The position numbers were made by a program, and so were the translations under genes. A model generated the notes under the pieces. It was not told the DNA's origin and did not search any database. It was given only the letters and a program-made list of their open reading frames with translations. This document shows positions 37,083 through 51,860 of a DNA stretch of 64,000 bases, piece by piece (the first letter of the stretch is position 1; each line of letters starts with the position of its first letter). Origin of the DNA: Schmidtea polychroa (Eukaryota); assembly GCA_044892525.1 (NCBI GenBank), contig CM097885.1, positions 38,938,001 through 39,002,000 on the forward strand. The letters are read 5' to 3'.

Positions 37083-40000
37083 GCAAATATTAGTCAAAAA
37101 CATAAAATATTTTTACACACACACAACCCATTAACCATTATTATTATTATTGCAAATATTAGTCAAAAACATAAAATCACTCATTAACCATTATTATTAT
37201 CAATATTAGTGAAAACCTAAAATATATATTTTTTTCCACACACACACAACCCATTAAACTTTATTATTATTATTATTATTATAATTATTATTATTATTAG
37301 TGAAAAAACCTTAAATAATTTTTACATACTAAGTTATGGGGTAGAGTATTATTATGTTTGCAGTATTCTGTGTTTGCCTTTACAGGAAGTTGTCAATAAG
37401 GAGCGATAACTTTACACACACATTCTATATACACATACCTTGTTTAACATGGGTGTATATACTCCTAGTCTATCCGACAAAATATTCTGTCCCCCTATGG
37501 GTATTGCTAGCAAGGGTACTACTCACACTCAAAGGTTTCGATTTTAAAGCATATTATGGTTTATTAAGGTTAGTAAATAAAACTTATCACACACACTTTT
37601 ATATTTAAACGATAAAAATCAAGACAAGAGAGGACAAGGCAAAGTGTATGCATTTAGTATTGCCAGGCCTAATGAGCAGTGACCAAATATCTGTGCCTGA
37701 AAGACACGGTGGATATTTGTTCGCGTCCACAAGGGTCGTCTGTGCCTCCCCAAGTGGGGTCAGAAGAACCTGGGCATTATAGCTTTCCGTACGGAACATT
37801 ACGCCTAGCATGGGTAGTCAACTACCAGCACATTCGAAACGTATAATTTCAAAATACATGCGTCATTGGCACTATAACCAAATTAATTAATGTTTTCACT
37901 AACACAAATATATATTTACAGAGGCCTCCCACTAGTTGGATTACAACCGCCCACCACGACGATCAGCTTGTAAATATATATTAATTAAGGGATAAAGAGG
38001 ACCCACCCAACCCTATTATATTTAATTTACAAATTTTTCTCGCTCTTCTGCTGGTATTCTATCTCAAAATTATCATCTCCATCGGGCCATTTGATAGTGA
38101 TTTCATGGAATACATCTTGCAAATTGGATGTTTTTCTTAGTTTCTGATGCGGTGTCAACTATCATTGCTAAAATTTATATTGATTTAAAAGCAATTAACT
38201 TACATTATCTAGCATTTTATCGTCACAGGCTTGATAAATTAGGCAACTGTTATTTGTGGTATACTTTTTCAATGTCATTTCCCACCATAAAACACAGATA
38301 CCTAAATATAATATATATATATATTTTAAAGAATTAATTCATGTCTTACATTAATAATAATATTCTTCAGGTAGTACTTTACAATATCTAATTGCTAAAA
38401 CATCGGTTTTTCCCATTTTTCTTGACATTCGTTGAAAGTTTACATAATTTAAGTCTGATAATTCATGTTGAAGGACACCCACAATCAGCTAATTCATTTA
38501 AGAAATCCAGAACATAGCAATGTTTCACCATTTTGTCTGGTTCATTTTCTTCTATAATTCATGTTTTAATAAGAAATTTCTAAATCCAGAACATAAGTCA
38601 TTTAGTGTTTCACCATTTTATCTGGTTCATCTTCTTCATAATTATATAATTCATTTTCTTCATTCAAGTAAAATAATTAAAATATTGTAGTAAATTCTTT
38701 ATTTACTTACTTTATGGATACTAAAACGAAAGAAATAAAGTTATATCAAAAGTATATTTAAATAATTTAAATTTAAATAATTTAAATTTAGTTATTTAAA
38801 AATATTTAAACAATTTAGTTATTTAAGCATATTTAAACATTAACATTATTATATAGTATAATTTTATGTATTCTAAATTTATTAATAAATATAGTATAAT
38901 TTTATATAATATTATGTATTGTAAATTTAATATATCCTTCATTTAATTTTTTAAATTCAAATATTTATAATGAAGATTCTTTGAATTAAAAAAAAATATT
39001 CTGTTAGTATTTCCAGGCAGAAAACAACGAATTCAATAATTAAAATCTTAATTTTCATGTTGTTAGGGTTGTGGCCAGAATTTAATCGCCATCTAATCGT
39101 TTGTTCTCAATTTCGCTCATTTTTGTTCAAAACATTCAGGTGAGTTGTTATCTGGACAGTTTCTTTTAGCTCAGCTTTGTTAAAACACTTACGGTATTTT
39201 TGAGGGACGTGACACTGGAAATAAATTAACAACGGGTGGTCTTGCATACATGTTGTTGGTTTGAACTGTTGATTTATTTTAGAAATATGTATATTAAAAA
39301 CATTTAAGGTATCATTCAGTAAAATAATATAGTATTTTTGAGTATTTTTAGTTGATTTATAAATAACAGTATTTTGATATATCAATAAAGACCATATACT
39401 CCTAGTTTATCCGACAAAATATTCTGTCCCCCTATGGGTATTGCTAGCAAGGGTACTGGTCACACTCAACAAGTCGCAAGGGTATATTATTCATTTAGAA
39501 ATTCTTAGGTAAGATAATCAGAAATTTGTGAATATTTTAAATGTAACTTTACACTTATGTCGAGCGACTAATTTATTGGTTAACTTTTTAGACATTTAAA
39601 GCAAAAAGTAATTTATTCATCTAATGTTCGTTACAATAGTTAATAATATGAGAAAAACATGGTCATTATTCATTGATAATTTTAAATTCTTTATCATTTA
39701 GAGTAAATTTGTTTGAGGCAAAAATAATTAAAGGAGTCATAATAGAAATATGGTTATCATTTATCCAATTAAGGGGCTTATTAGTTAGAAATATAAAGTA
39801 ACAATTATTTTCTAATTTAATTAGATGATCATTAGACGTAATATATCTTTGCGAGAAATTTAAGATGTTTGAGTAACCAAAACATTGATATTTTGGGTCA
39901 TCAATTTATGAATAGTGCTTAACTTTCTCATTTTTAGTGATTTAAAATAATATTTAGCAAAGGTAATTTAGCAAAATATCATTGAAAGATTTATCCATCC

Positions 40001-43000
40001 GATAATAATATTCCTTCAATAGATTTTACCTTTAATATTCAACCGATTTAATTTCTAGAAATCTAATTAAAATCATAAAATTCCTTCAATAAAGATCAGT
40101 TTTCTTTAGCCGTTGTCGATTTCCAACTTTTAAGTCAATATTTCTCAAGTTTTGTCACTGATGTTCCCACAATGAATAAAATAACTTCTTAAGTAAATAA
40201 TTTAAAGCAATAACCTTTGATATCAATCCCAATTAATTCTAAAGATTTCAAATATTTCATTGTGAAAACCAAGTAAATTGATCATTAACCCTAAACGACT
40301 TAATAAAACAGTGGATAATTAATAAAAAACTGGTTCTAAAACATAAATCTAAATTACTGTGCAATAACATTCATCACAACCTAATAAACCTCTAAAACGA
40401 TATAATTTCACAGGAACTATTATTAATTCATAGCTAAATACTGACTATTTCCCTTTAAAATTTTACCAATAAGAACATTGTCGATTTAAATAGAGATTTC
40501 AAACATTTCCACCTTAACCGATCCCTCACCAAATATTTCTATCATTTTAAACACCTTAAAAATCATATATTACCATCTTAACCAACCGACTTTAATATAT
40601 CAGACCTTTAATATATCAATTCTCTTAAAATCCATAGAAAATTCTTCAAAATATGAATTTTATTTAAATTTTACAGACATCCTTCCATTGAAATAGTTTA
40701 GTATCTAAATTCATGTAGTAAGAGCCCATTAAAAAATCAAAATTTACTAAAATCAATATTTTCTACAAATATTTCACCACATTTACCATCAAATACCTAA
40801 CTAGAGATGAAATATATCGATTGATCATAATTCTTCATCGATTCAGCTAATTATATAGCAATTATAACGTGATATATCTTTCAAAATCACAAATTTCAGT
40901 ATATTTTACAATAATTTTTACAAAAATTAAATAATAATCACTTGATTATTGTAAAAACTCTAATTATTAACCTAACTGTCATTAAAAATAATTTTTATTT
41001 AAAAGTAAATTTAAAAACAAGTCAATAAAATATAGCAAATTATCAAGAAATTAATTAAATTTGTCTTAGAATTAACACTAAAACGTTAAATTTCAAAATA
41101 TTCTTTCAATTATTCACAAAAAGGTTAGTAATAATGTTAGTAAAATCCCGCTAACTCTAAAAATTACCAATGAATTTAATGCTAAATAATAACCAAAAAT
41201 TTGCCTAAATAAAATCATTAAAACACACCAGTACCTTTACGACCAGTACCCTTACGAGCAGTACCAATTGTGAACAGTACCCATAGAGGGAGAAAATATC
41301 TTGTCGGATAAACTCAGAGTATATATAATAAAACGAATTAACAATAACTCCATCAAATTGAATCAGTCAAATTAACACAAATTTTGATAAAAAATCTTAT
41401 TCTAAAATGGTAAGAAGCGTAAAGTCGAAAGATAATTTTAATAACACCGAGATAAATTAACAATATTATTCTCAGGTGGTAAGAATCTTCATTAAAGTTA
41501 GGAAATTATTTATTATTCTGTCATAAAATTATAATAAACTTCAAAGGGGTTAAAATAAGTGTTAGAATTATTCATTATTGGATTATGGAAGGTCAATGAA
41601 AACATACTGAGAAGTGGTATGGATATATATTAATTGTATTTATTTAAAATTATTTCATAAAATTCATAAATTTCATAAAAATTCATAAAAAACGTTAACT
41701 TTAATAAAAAATATTTAATACAATTTTAAAAGAAATATTTGCCGGGAGAATATAAATGATAGTAATTAGTGAAAAATCGAGAGTCGGCGGCTATAAGTGA
41801 TGAGGATATATAAATAAAATTATTTCTATTATATGAGCTACTAACGAATTAAAATATTTTAATAATGTGATAAACTTTTATTTAATAAAGAATTTAATCC
41901 CCAAATGATTATTTTATTACATATGAAACCGTGAAGGGTATTTGACAGAGTAATTATGATAAATTCATATTTTAAATTATTCTTTAAGACCTTTAATATT
42001 AACAATTTATTATTAAATTTACTATTCTACACTAAATATTTCAAAAACAAATATTCTAAAAGAAAATTTAAGATACATTACTCTTTTTAATGAAATTGAG
42101 CACTGAAAGTTAAAAGGGATACTGGAAAACTCACTCAAATATAACCGAAAGTTATAAAACAACAAAACTAAATTCGTTTAAAGATTTTATAGCAATTGGT
42201 AGTTCTTATAATTTCCTAACTTTAATGAAGATTCTTACCACCTGAGAATAATATTGTTAATTTATCTCGGTGTTATTAAAATTATCTTTCGACTTTACGC
42301 TTCTTACCATTTTAGAATAAGATTTTTTATCAAAATTTGTGTTAATTTGACTGATTCAATTTGATGGAGTTATTGTTAATTCGTTTTATTATATATACTC
42401 TGAGTTTATCCGACAAGATATTTTCTCCCTCTATGGGTACTGTTCACAATTGGTACTGCTCGTAAGGGTACTGGTCGTAAAGGTACTGGTGTGTTTTATT
42501 TAGGCAAATTTTTGGTTATTATTTAGCATTAAATTCGTTGGTAATTTTTAGAGTTAGCGGGATTTTACTAACATTATTACTAACCTTTTTGTGAATAATT
42601 GAAAGAATATTTTGAAATTTAACGTTTTAGTGTTAATTCTAAGACAAATTTAATTAATTTCTTGATAATTTGCTATATTTTATTGACTTGTTTTTAAATT
42701 TACTTTTAAATAAAAATTATTTTTAATGACAGTTAGGTTAATAATTAGAGTTTTTACAATAATCAAGTGATTATTATTTAATTTTTGTAAAAATTATTGT
42801 AAAATATACTGAAATTTGTGATTTTGAAAGATATATCACGTTATAATTGCTATATAATTAGCTGAATCGATGAAGAATTATGATCAATCGATATATTTCA
42901 TCTCTAGTTAGGTATTTGATGGTAAATGTGGTGAAATATTTGTAGAAAATATTGATTTTAGTAAATTTTGATTTTTTAATGGGCTCTTACTACATGAATT

Positions 43001-46000
43001 TAGATACTAAATTATTTCAATGGAAGGATGTCTGTAACAATTAAATAAAATTCATATTTTGAAGAATTTTCTATGGATTTTAAGAGAATTGATAGAAATA
43101 TTTGGTGAGGGATCGGTTAAGGTGGAAATGTTTGAAATCTCTATTTAAATCGACAATGTTCTTATTGGTAAAATTTTAAAGGGAAATAGTCAGTATTTAG
43201 CTATGAATTAATAATAGTTCCTGTGAAATTATATCGTTTTAGAGGTTTATTAGGTTGTGATGAATGTTATTGCACAGTAATTTAGATTTATGTTTTAGAA
43301 CCAGTTTTTTATTAATTATCCACTGTTTTATTAAGTCGTTTAGGGTTAATGATCAATTTACTTGGTTTTCACAATGAAATATTTGAAATCTTTAGAATTA
43401 ATTGGGATTGATATCAAAGGTTATTGCTTTAAATTATTTACTTAAGAAGTTATTTTATTCATTGTGGGAACATCAGTGACAAAACTTGAGAAATATTGAC
43501 TTAAAAGTTGGAAATCGACAACGGCTAAAGAAAACTGATCTTTATTGAAGGAATTTTATGATTTTAATTAGATTTCTAGAAATTAAATCGGTTGAATATT
43601 AAAGGTAAAATCTATTGAAGGAATATTATTATCGGATGGATAAATCTTTCAATGATATTTTGCTAAATTACCTTTGCTAAATATTATTTTAAATCACTAA
43701 AAATGAGAAAGTTAAGCACTATTCATAAATTGATGACCCAAAATATCAATGTTTTGGTTACTCAAACATCTTAAATTTCTCGCAAAGATATATTACGTCT
43801 AATGATCATCTAATTAAATTAGAAAATAATTGTTACTTTATATTTCTAACTAATAAGCCCCTTAATTGGATAAATGATAACCATATTTCTATTATGACTC
43901 CTTTAATTATTTTTGCCTCAAACAAATTTACTCTAAATGATAAAGAATTTAAAATTATCAATGAATAATGACCATGTTTTTCTCATATTATTAACTATTG
44001 TAACGAACATTAGATGAATAAATTACTTTTTGCTTTAAATGTCTAAAAAGTTAACCAATAAATTAGTCGCTCGACATAAGTGTAAAGTTACATTTAAAAT
44101 ATTCACAAATTTCTGATTATCTTACCTAAGAATTTCTAAATGAATAATATACCCTTGCGACTTGTTGAGTGTGACCAGTACCCTTGCTAGCAATACCCAT
44201 AGGGGGACAGAATATTTTGTCGGATAAACTAGGAGTATATGGTCTTTATTGATATATCAAAATACTGTTATTTATAAATCAACTAAAAATACTCAAAAAT
44301 ACTATATTATTTTACTGAATGATACCTTAAATGTTTTTAATATACATATTTCTAAAATAAATCAACAGTTCAAACCAACAACATGTATGCAAGACCACCC
44401 GTTGTTAATTTATTTCCAGTGTCACGTCCCTCAAAAATACCGTAAGTGTTTTAACAAAGCTGAGCTAAAAGAAACTGTCCAGATAACAACTCACCTGAAT
44501 GTTTTGAACAAAAATGAGCGAAATTGAGAACAAACGATTAGATGGCGATTAAATTCTGGCCACAACCCTAACAACATGAAAATTAAGATTTTAATTATTG
44601 AATTCGTTGTTTTCTGCCTGGAAATACTAACAGAATATTTTTTTTTAATTCAAAGAATCTTCATTATAAATATTTGAATTTAAAAAATTAAATGAAGGAT
44701 ATATTAAATTTACAATACATAATATTATATAAAATTATACTATATTTATTAATAAATTTAGAATACATAAAATTATACTATATAATAATGTTAATGTTTA
44801 AATATGCTTAAATAACTAAATTGTTTAAATATTTTTAAATAACTAAATTTAAATTATTTAAATTTAAATTATTTAAATATACTTTTGATATAACTTTATT
44901 TCTTTCGTTTTAGTATCCATAAAGTAAGTAAATAAAGAATTTACTACAATATTTTAATTATTTTACTTGAATGAAGAAAATGAATTATATAATTATGAAG
45001 AAGATGAACCAGATAAAATGGTGAAACACTAAATGACTTATGTTCTGGATTTAGAAATTTCTTATTAAAACATGAATTATAGAAGAAAATGAACCAGACA
45101 AAATGGTGAAACATTGCTATGTTCTGGATTTCTTAAATGAATTAGCTGATTGTGGGTGTCCTTCAACATGAATTATCAGACTTAAATTATGTAAACTTTC
45201 AACGAATGTCAAGAAAAATGGGAAAAACCGATGTTTTAGCAATTAGATATTGTAAAGTACTACCTGAAGAATATTATTATTAATGTAAGACATGAATTAA
45301 TTCTTTAAAATATATATATATTATATTTAGGTATCTGTGTTTTATGGTGGGAAATGACATTGAAAAAGTATACCACAAATAACAGTTGCCTAATTTATCA
45401 AGCCTGTGACGATAAAATGCTAGATAATGTAAGTTAATTGCTTTTAAATCAATATAAATTTTAGCAATGATAGTTGACACCGCATCAGAAACTAAGAAAA
45501 ACATCCAATTTGCAAGATGTATTCCATGAAATCACTATCAAATGGCCCGATGGAGATGATAATTTTGAGATAGAATACCAGCAGAAGAGCGAGAAAAATT
45601 TGTAAATTAAATATAATAGGGTTGGGTGGGTCCTCTTTATCCCTTAATTAATATATATTTACAAGCTGATCGTCGTGGTGGGCGGTTGTAATCCAACTAG
45701 TGGGAGGCCTCTGTAAATATATATTTGTGTTAGTGAAAACATTAATTAATTTGGTTATAGTGCCAATGACGCATGTATTTTGAAATTATACGTTTCGAAT
45801 GTGCTGGTAGTTGACTACCCATGCTAGGCGTAATGTTCCGTACGGAAAGCTATAATGCCCAGGTTCTTCTGACCCCACTTGGGGAGGCACAGACGACCCT
45901 TGTGGACGCGAACAAATATCCACCGTGTCTTTCAGGCACAGATATTTGGTCACTGCTCATTAGGCCTGGCAATACTAAATGCATACACTTTGCCTTGTCC

Positions 46001-46549
46001 TCTCTTGTCTTGATTTTTATCGTTTAAATATAAAAGTGTGTGTGATAAGTTTTATTTACTAACCTTAATAAACCATAATATGCTTTAAAATCGAAACCTT
46101 TGAGTGTGAGTAGTACCCTTGCTAGCAATACCCATAGGGGGACAGAATATTTTGTCGGATAGACTAGGAGTATATACACCCATGTTAAACAAGGTATGCG
46201 TATATAGAATGTGTGTGTAAAGTTATCGCTCCTTATTGACAACTTCCTGTAAAGGCAAACACAGAATACTGCAAATATAATAATACTCTACCCCATAACT
46301 TAGTATCTAAAAATTATTTAAGGTTTTTTCACTAATAATAATAATAATTATAATAATAATAATAATAATAAAGTTTAATGGGTTGTGTGTGTGTGGAAAA
46401 AAATATATATTTTAGGTTTTCACTAATATTGATAATAATAATGGTTAATGAGTGATTTTATGTTTTTGACTAATATTTGCAATAATAATAATAATGGTTA
46501 ATGGGTTGTGTGTGTGTAAAAATATTTTATGTTTTTGACTAATATTTGC

Positions 46550-46603
<54 letters not shown>

Positions 46604-46777
46604 GTTTAATTGGTCGTGTAAAAAATATTTTAGGTTTTTCACTAATATTTGCGTTAATAATAATAAAGTTTAATGGGTTGTGTGTGTGTAAACCATATTT
46701 TAGGTTTTTAATATTGATAATAATAATAATGGTTGAGGGGTTGTGTGTGTAAACCATATTTTAGATTTTTCATTAAC

Positions 46778-46810
<33 letters not shown>

Positions 46811-47172
46811 TCCCGCGCGTGTTAATACTTTAAAAGAAAATATTGAAAATTTAAAAAATAATAATATTTATGCAAAGCATGTGCAATAATTATGTCTTTG
46901 TTAATTAAGTAAACTTTAGTGTCAAAATAAGTTTTTAAAATATTTTTAAATTTAAAATACCGCAACTTAATATATTTTTGTTCTACCCCTTCATTGATTT
47001 AAGTTGGTCAGAATTTAATAATAATTATATTATACCCTTTGAGACATGTTGAATGTGAGTAGTACACCTTTGACCATTACCCATATGAGCAATACCCATA
47101 GAGGGATAGAATATTTTGTCGGATAGATTAAGAGTATATATGATAATAATATTCCCCGTGCGCGTAATAATA

Positions 47173-47259
<87 letters not shown>

Positions 47260-47336
47260 TACGACATATTGAGTGTGAGTGTAAAAATATTTTATGTTTT
47301 TGACTAATATTTGTAATAATAATATTATTAATAATG

Positions 47337-47402
<66 letters not shown>

Positions 47403-48184
47403 TTAATAATAATAATAAAGTTTAATGGATTATGTGTGTATAAAAATATTTTGTTTTTTTTTTTTTTTTTCATTAATAATAATAATAATAACAATAATAA
47501 TACTTTGAAATGTATGTTGTAGTGAGCACACCACTAATTATATGAGTTGAGCGTATATTTAAAGAATAATATTTAGAATTTCTTTGTTAAAGTTTTGTCT
47601 TGATTATTTTTAGTAGTAACTTTGTGAACAGTACCCATGTGACTTGTTGAGTGTGACCAGTACCCTTGCTAGCAATACTCATGTGACATGTTGAGTGTGA
47701 GCAGTACCCTTGTGAGCAGTACCCATAGGGGGACAGAATATTTTGTCGGATAGACTCGGAGTATATAGATTAATAATATATCAATGAGAACACTAACTTG
47801 TTGCGTGTGTTGACACTAATAATATTTTTATACATTGTGTGTGTGTGTATGACCATAGGGGAACAGAATATTTTGTCGGGTAGACTATATTGTGTGTGTG
47901 TGTGTAATAATAATTTTATTTTATTAAACTTTTATCAATAAGTTTTTAAAATACCGCAACGTAATATATTTAATAATTAAAATATAATAAATTTTAAAAT
48001 ACCGCAACGTAATATAAAATTTAAAATACCGCAACGTAATATAAATTTTAAAATACCGCAACGTAATATAAATTAAAAAAAAAATTTTTTTTTTTAAAAA
48101 TTTAAAAAAAAAAAAAATAAAAAAAAAAAAATCCCCCCTCCCCCGGGGGTGGGGGTGTGACGTAATATGTCTTTGTGACGTCAT
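35516..48184. mobile_element. Giant foldback element 1 (non-autonomous, Polinton/Maverick-like terminus)
   Basis: Inverted arms 35563-41509 and 42208-48184, near-identical, with mirrored ORFs in the track. 698-bp spacer. Left end AGTAGG. Right arm lacks the terminal 47 bp. Confidence 0.9.
35674..35826. repeat. 27-bp subterminal tandem repeat TATATTACGTTGCGGTATTTTAAAATT
   Basis: 5 copies in the left arm; 4 mirrored copies at about 47945-48072. Confidence 0.9.
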
Positions 48185-49237
48185 TGACTGCTCGCCTGAC
48201 GAAGTTTCCATGTTAGTGTTAAATATCAATCTTTGTGCAAAGGTTTCAATAACTTTGGCTATTGTATTTTTCAATGGTCTAGTGAAAGATTCGTGAATCT
48301 CACTTTTTCCGCAATTGTGTAAATACTGAAGAGTTCCAGACACATTTGTTCGCCTTTGGGTTATTCGGTTTTCTAATTCGTTCTTCAATTTTAGTGAAAG
48401 TTCATCAGATCCAAAATTCTCAAGCATAAAAGACAATGCCGCATCAGCAGAAAGCAGATTTGCATCTTCTCGACAAAGGGCGTCAACAGTAAGCTTCACT
48501 GGGAGAAGTGCAGAGATCATGTTGTTAATCGAGAAAATTTCAGCATCTAGAATAACGATATCAGATGCAATGTCAATCAATGCCTTTCTAACACAGCTTT
48601 TTAGTTGGTTAAATCTTTCATGCATTTCGACAAAGCTATTCCATCTAGTTCTAGTGTCCATAATAAGTTTCAACTCTTTTCCAAATTCTAGTTTCACGTA
48701 TACTTGAAGGATATCATTCGATATTTTCGAAAAACGAAATTTCTTTACTATCGAACGAACTTTTTTGATGAGAAAACCAAATCCAAATTCTTCAGTCTCA
48801 ACATGCTCAGCTTCAATATAAATTTGTTCAATCAAGCCAACACTTTCATCATCAATGTATTCCTCATCCTCTGATTTCTCGAAGTCACTTCCTTGTTCTT
48901 CTACACTAACACTTTCTGTATCTGTGTGAGCCACCAATTCATCAGTTGTATTCGAATTATTTTACAGAACATTAACTACAGCTAAATGTATTGCGTGTGC
49001 AAAGCACAACTGCTGATTACATGGTAAAAGCAGCCCAACTTTTTGCATCACAGCTGCCCCATCAGTTGTTATGGAGGTAATATCTTTATCAATATTTAGA
49101 TTGTTGTCTTGCAATGTGGTTTTCAGGCCGGTAATGCATTTCTCTGCAGGAAACGTCCTTCAACACGAACTAAACCTAAATTCCAAAACTTTTTCTTGCC
49201 ATGGACATTCACATTTAAATAACATCGGTTTCTTGAT
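48185..49237 (-). pseudogene. hAT transposase fragment
   Basis: YLNVNVH, TTDGAAVM...CFAHAIHL and DTRTRWNS. Truncated by foldback 1 on the left and interrupted by a Gypsy LTR on the right. Confidence 0.88.
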
Positions 49238-49530
49238 TGTTAGACGCAATTAAATTCAAGTCTTCTTCAAGCATTTATTTTTATAACAACTTCAAAATTG
49301 TGCCGTTTACTAGAGTATTTAAACACCGAGGCGTGATAATTATTAATATTAATGTAATTACTGGTCATACATTTAATTGATTTAATTTAATATAATTTAA
49401 TATAATATGATATAATTTAATATAGAATTTAAATATAAAAATTTAACAGAAATAATTATTTCTACTAACTGATCTCACTTCTACCATTTAACCATAATAA
49501 TTTTATATAGAGATTTACTAACTCCTTACA
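49238..49530 (-). mobile_element. 3' LTR of a Gypsy element (293 bp)
   Basis: On the minus strand, PPT AAAGAAGGGGGGA directly precedes TGTAAG, and the LTR ends ...CTAACA at the hAT junction. Confidence 0.8.
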
Positions 49531-51860
49531 TCCCCCCTTCTTTAAAATGCTTTAACTTTTCTATATTCCTCGTTATTTTCCTCCCGTTTTCGTCTGTTAA
49601 TAAGTAACTTCTTTCATGATTTCGTTTTATTACTGTGTATGGTCCTTCATATCTCTCGTGATCTTTGTTTCTAATTTCTTGTTTCACCAATACTTTTTCC
49701 CCCACTTCTAAGTTTCTAGTTGTGCCAATTTCTTTCGTTTGCTGTCTTTTAGCCTCTAATTTCCGCATGATTTCATTTCTATCCACTTCATTATTACTAT
49801 GCCATTGAGATCTATTAATCTTTCTTCCAAATATAATTTCTGCTGGACTCACTCCAGTAGTTTTTTGAGCTGTCGCATTTAGAACGTATTCTATATCAGG
49901 TATTAATTCTGCCCAGCTTTTTTTAACTCCTTCTCTGAGTGACGCGTTAATATAGTCTCTTATAGTACGAAATTGTCTTTCAATTACACCATTAGTATTA
50001 TGATGATACGGACTCGAAAATATCAACTCAATTCCTGTTGCCTTTGCTAGTTCTTTAATGCTATTTGCTTCGAAATTCTTTCCACAATCAACATTTAATT
50101 CCTTAGGGGCTCCAAATTTCAATATCCAATTATTAAACAAAACTGCCTTTATTGTATTTTCATCTTGCTTTCTAATAGGAGTTAGAGATATGTATTTACT
50201 GTAATGATCGATTATTGCACAAATATATTTTTCTCCTCTGAAGGTTTCTCTTAATGGATCGCAAATATCCATGTATATTTTCTCCATAGGTTCTGAAGCT
50301 TGAATTACTTGGGTTTTTTCTTTTGACTTTGTAGTGAAAACTTTGTTTTTCTGGCATGCTTCACATATTGAAATAGTCTCTTTTACTTCATTTAGCAAAT
50401 CTTCCATATCAAAATTGTTCCTAATATATTTCATTACTTTTTCTACTCCTGCATGGCATAATAATAAATGTGTTTCCTTAATCATTTCTCGTCTTTTTGT
50501 TTCTGGTATCCATATTTTGTTTTAATTGGTATAGATAATATTTCCTTTTAATATATATTTATTATTTTTCCTTTCATTTATTTGATCTTTTATATCTTGT
50601 ATTTCTGCATTATCTCTTTGCCATTCATTTCCATAATTTTCGGTCATCAATGTTAACAATCTAGTTTTTAATCGCCCTGATTTGGGGTTATCATGGTCCA
50701 TCAAACATTGTACACATTTGCCGCATGTATTTCTAGACAGCATATCTGCATTCGTATGCGCCGTACCTTTTCTAAACTCCATTTTTATGTCTAAACTGCT
50801 CAAGTAATTTATCCACGTTTGGAACGTGCTGTTATAGGCTTCTTTGTCGTTAACATAAAAGTTATAGCTTTATGATCAGTGCGCAAAACAAACCGTTTAC
50901 CGTATAAATAATGGTTGAAATGGCGACAAAAATAATATATAGCCAAAAGCTCTTTTCGTGTTATACAATAATATCCTCTTTCATGGCTACTCATTGCATG
51001 GGATCTATATGCAATAACGTGTTCATGCCCCATTTCATCTCTTTGTGATAATACAGCTCCAATTGTATCAAAGCTTACGTCTGTATCTAATATGAATTCT
51101 TTCTTGAAATCTGGAAATACGAGAATTGGCGCTGTAGTCAACGCCATTTTCATTTCTTCGAAAGCTTTCTCACATTCCTCAGTCCAGATTATTTTTTCAC
51201 TATTGCTTCCACATATGCTTTCTAGAGCTCTTGATTTTGTTGCATATTCCTTAATAAATCTCCGATAATAGTTACATATACCTAAAAAGCTTCTCAAATT
51301 CTTTATACACTTAGGCCTCTGAAATGATTTAATAGCCTCAATTTTACTTTGATCTGTCCGAATCCCCTGACTGTAATAATGTGCCCTAAAAACTTTACTT
51401 CGCTCTTTAATAACTGATTCTCAATTTGGCTTCCCGTATTTTCTCTAGAACTTTTCCAAACACATTGTAATGTTCTTCAATTGTTCTTGTAAAAATTAAA
51501 ATATTCTCTATAAACACCATAACTCCTTCTTTCCATAGATCTTTCAATATTTTTGTCATTAATTCTTGGAATGTACCCTGTGCCGCCGGAATGCCAAAAG
51601 GCATTCTATTAAAACAAAATTGCTCTTCTTTAGTAGAAAATGCTGTCTTTTCTTGCGATTCTATGTCCAATTTCACTTGATAATAAGCGTTCCCAAGGTC
51701 TATAGAACTAAAGTACTTAGATCCATGTAATGTATCTAGAATTTCGTCTACATTCGGCATAGGAAAAGCTTGTCTTTCACTAATCTTATTAAGCTGTCTA
51801 AAATCTAAACAAAGTCTGATATCTTTTTTGTCTTTTTTCCACACGCATACTAACGGCGTA
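49526..51860 (-). pseudogene. Ty3/Gypsy pol pseudogene (RT-RNaseH-integrase)
   Basis: RLCLDFRQLN, RMPFG, YxDD degenerated to FIEN, RNaseH DTDVS..ELLAI..TDHKA, integrase D,D,E plus GPY. Several frameshifts. Cut at TPLVCVWKK by foldback 2. Confidence 0.93.

Noticed and set aside
37605..46027. Duplicated small ORFs (68, 69/74 and 92 aa) as conserved genes
   Set aside because: Their identity simply reflects the inverted arms. No recognisable domains, and several have non-ATG starts.
47924..48184. C-terminal YITLRYFKI repeats of the 337-aa ORF as a novel domain
   Set aside because: This is read-through of the truncated hAT frame into the foldback arm's 27-bp repeats.
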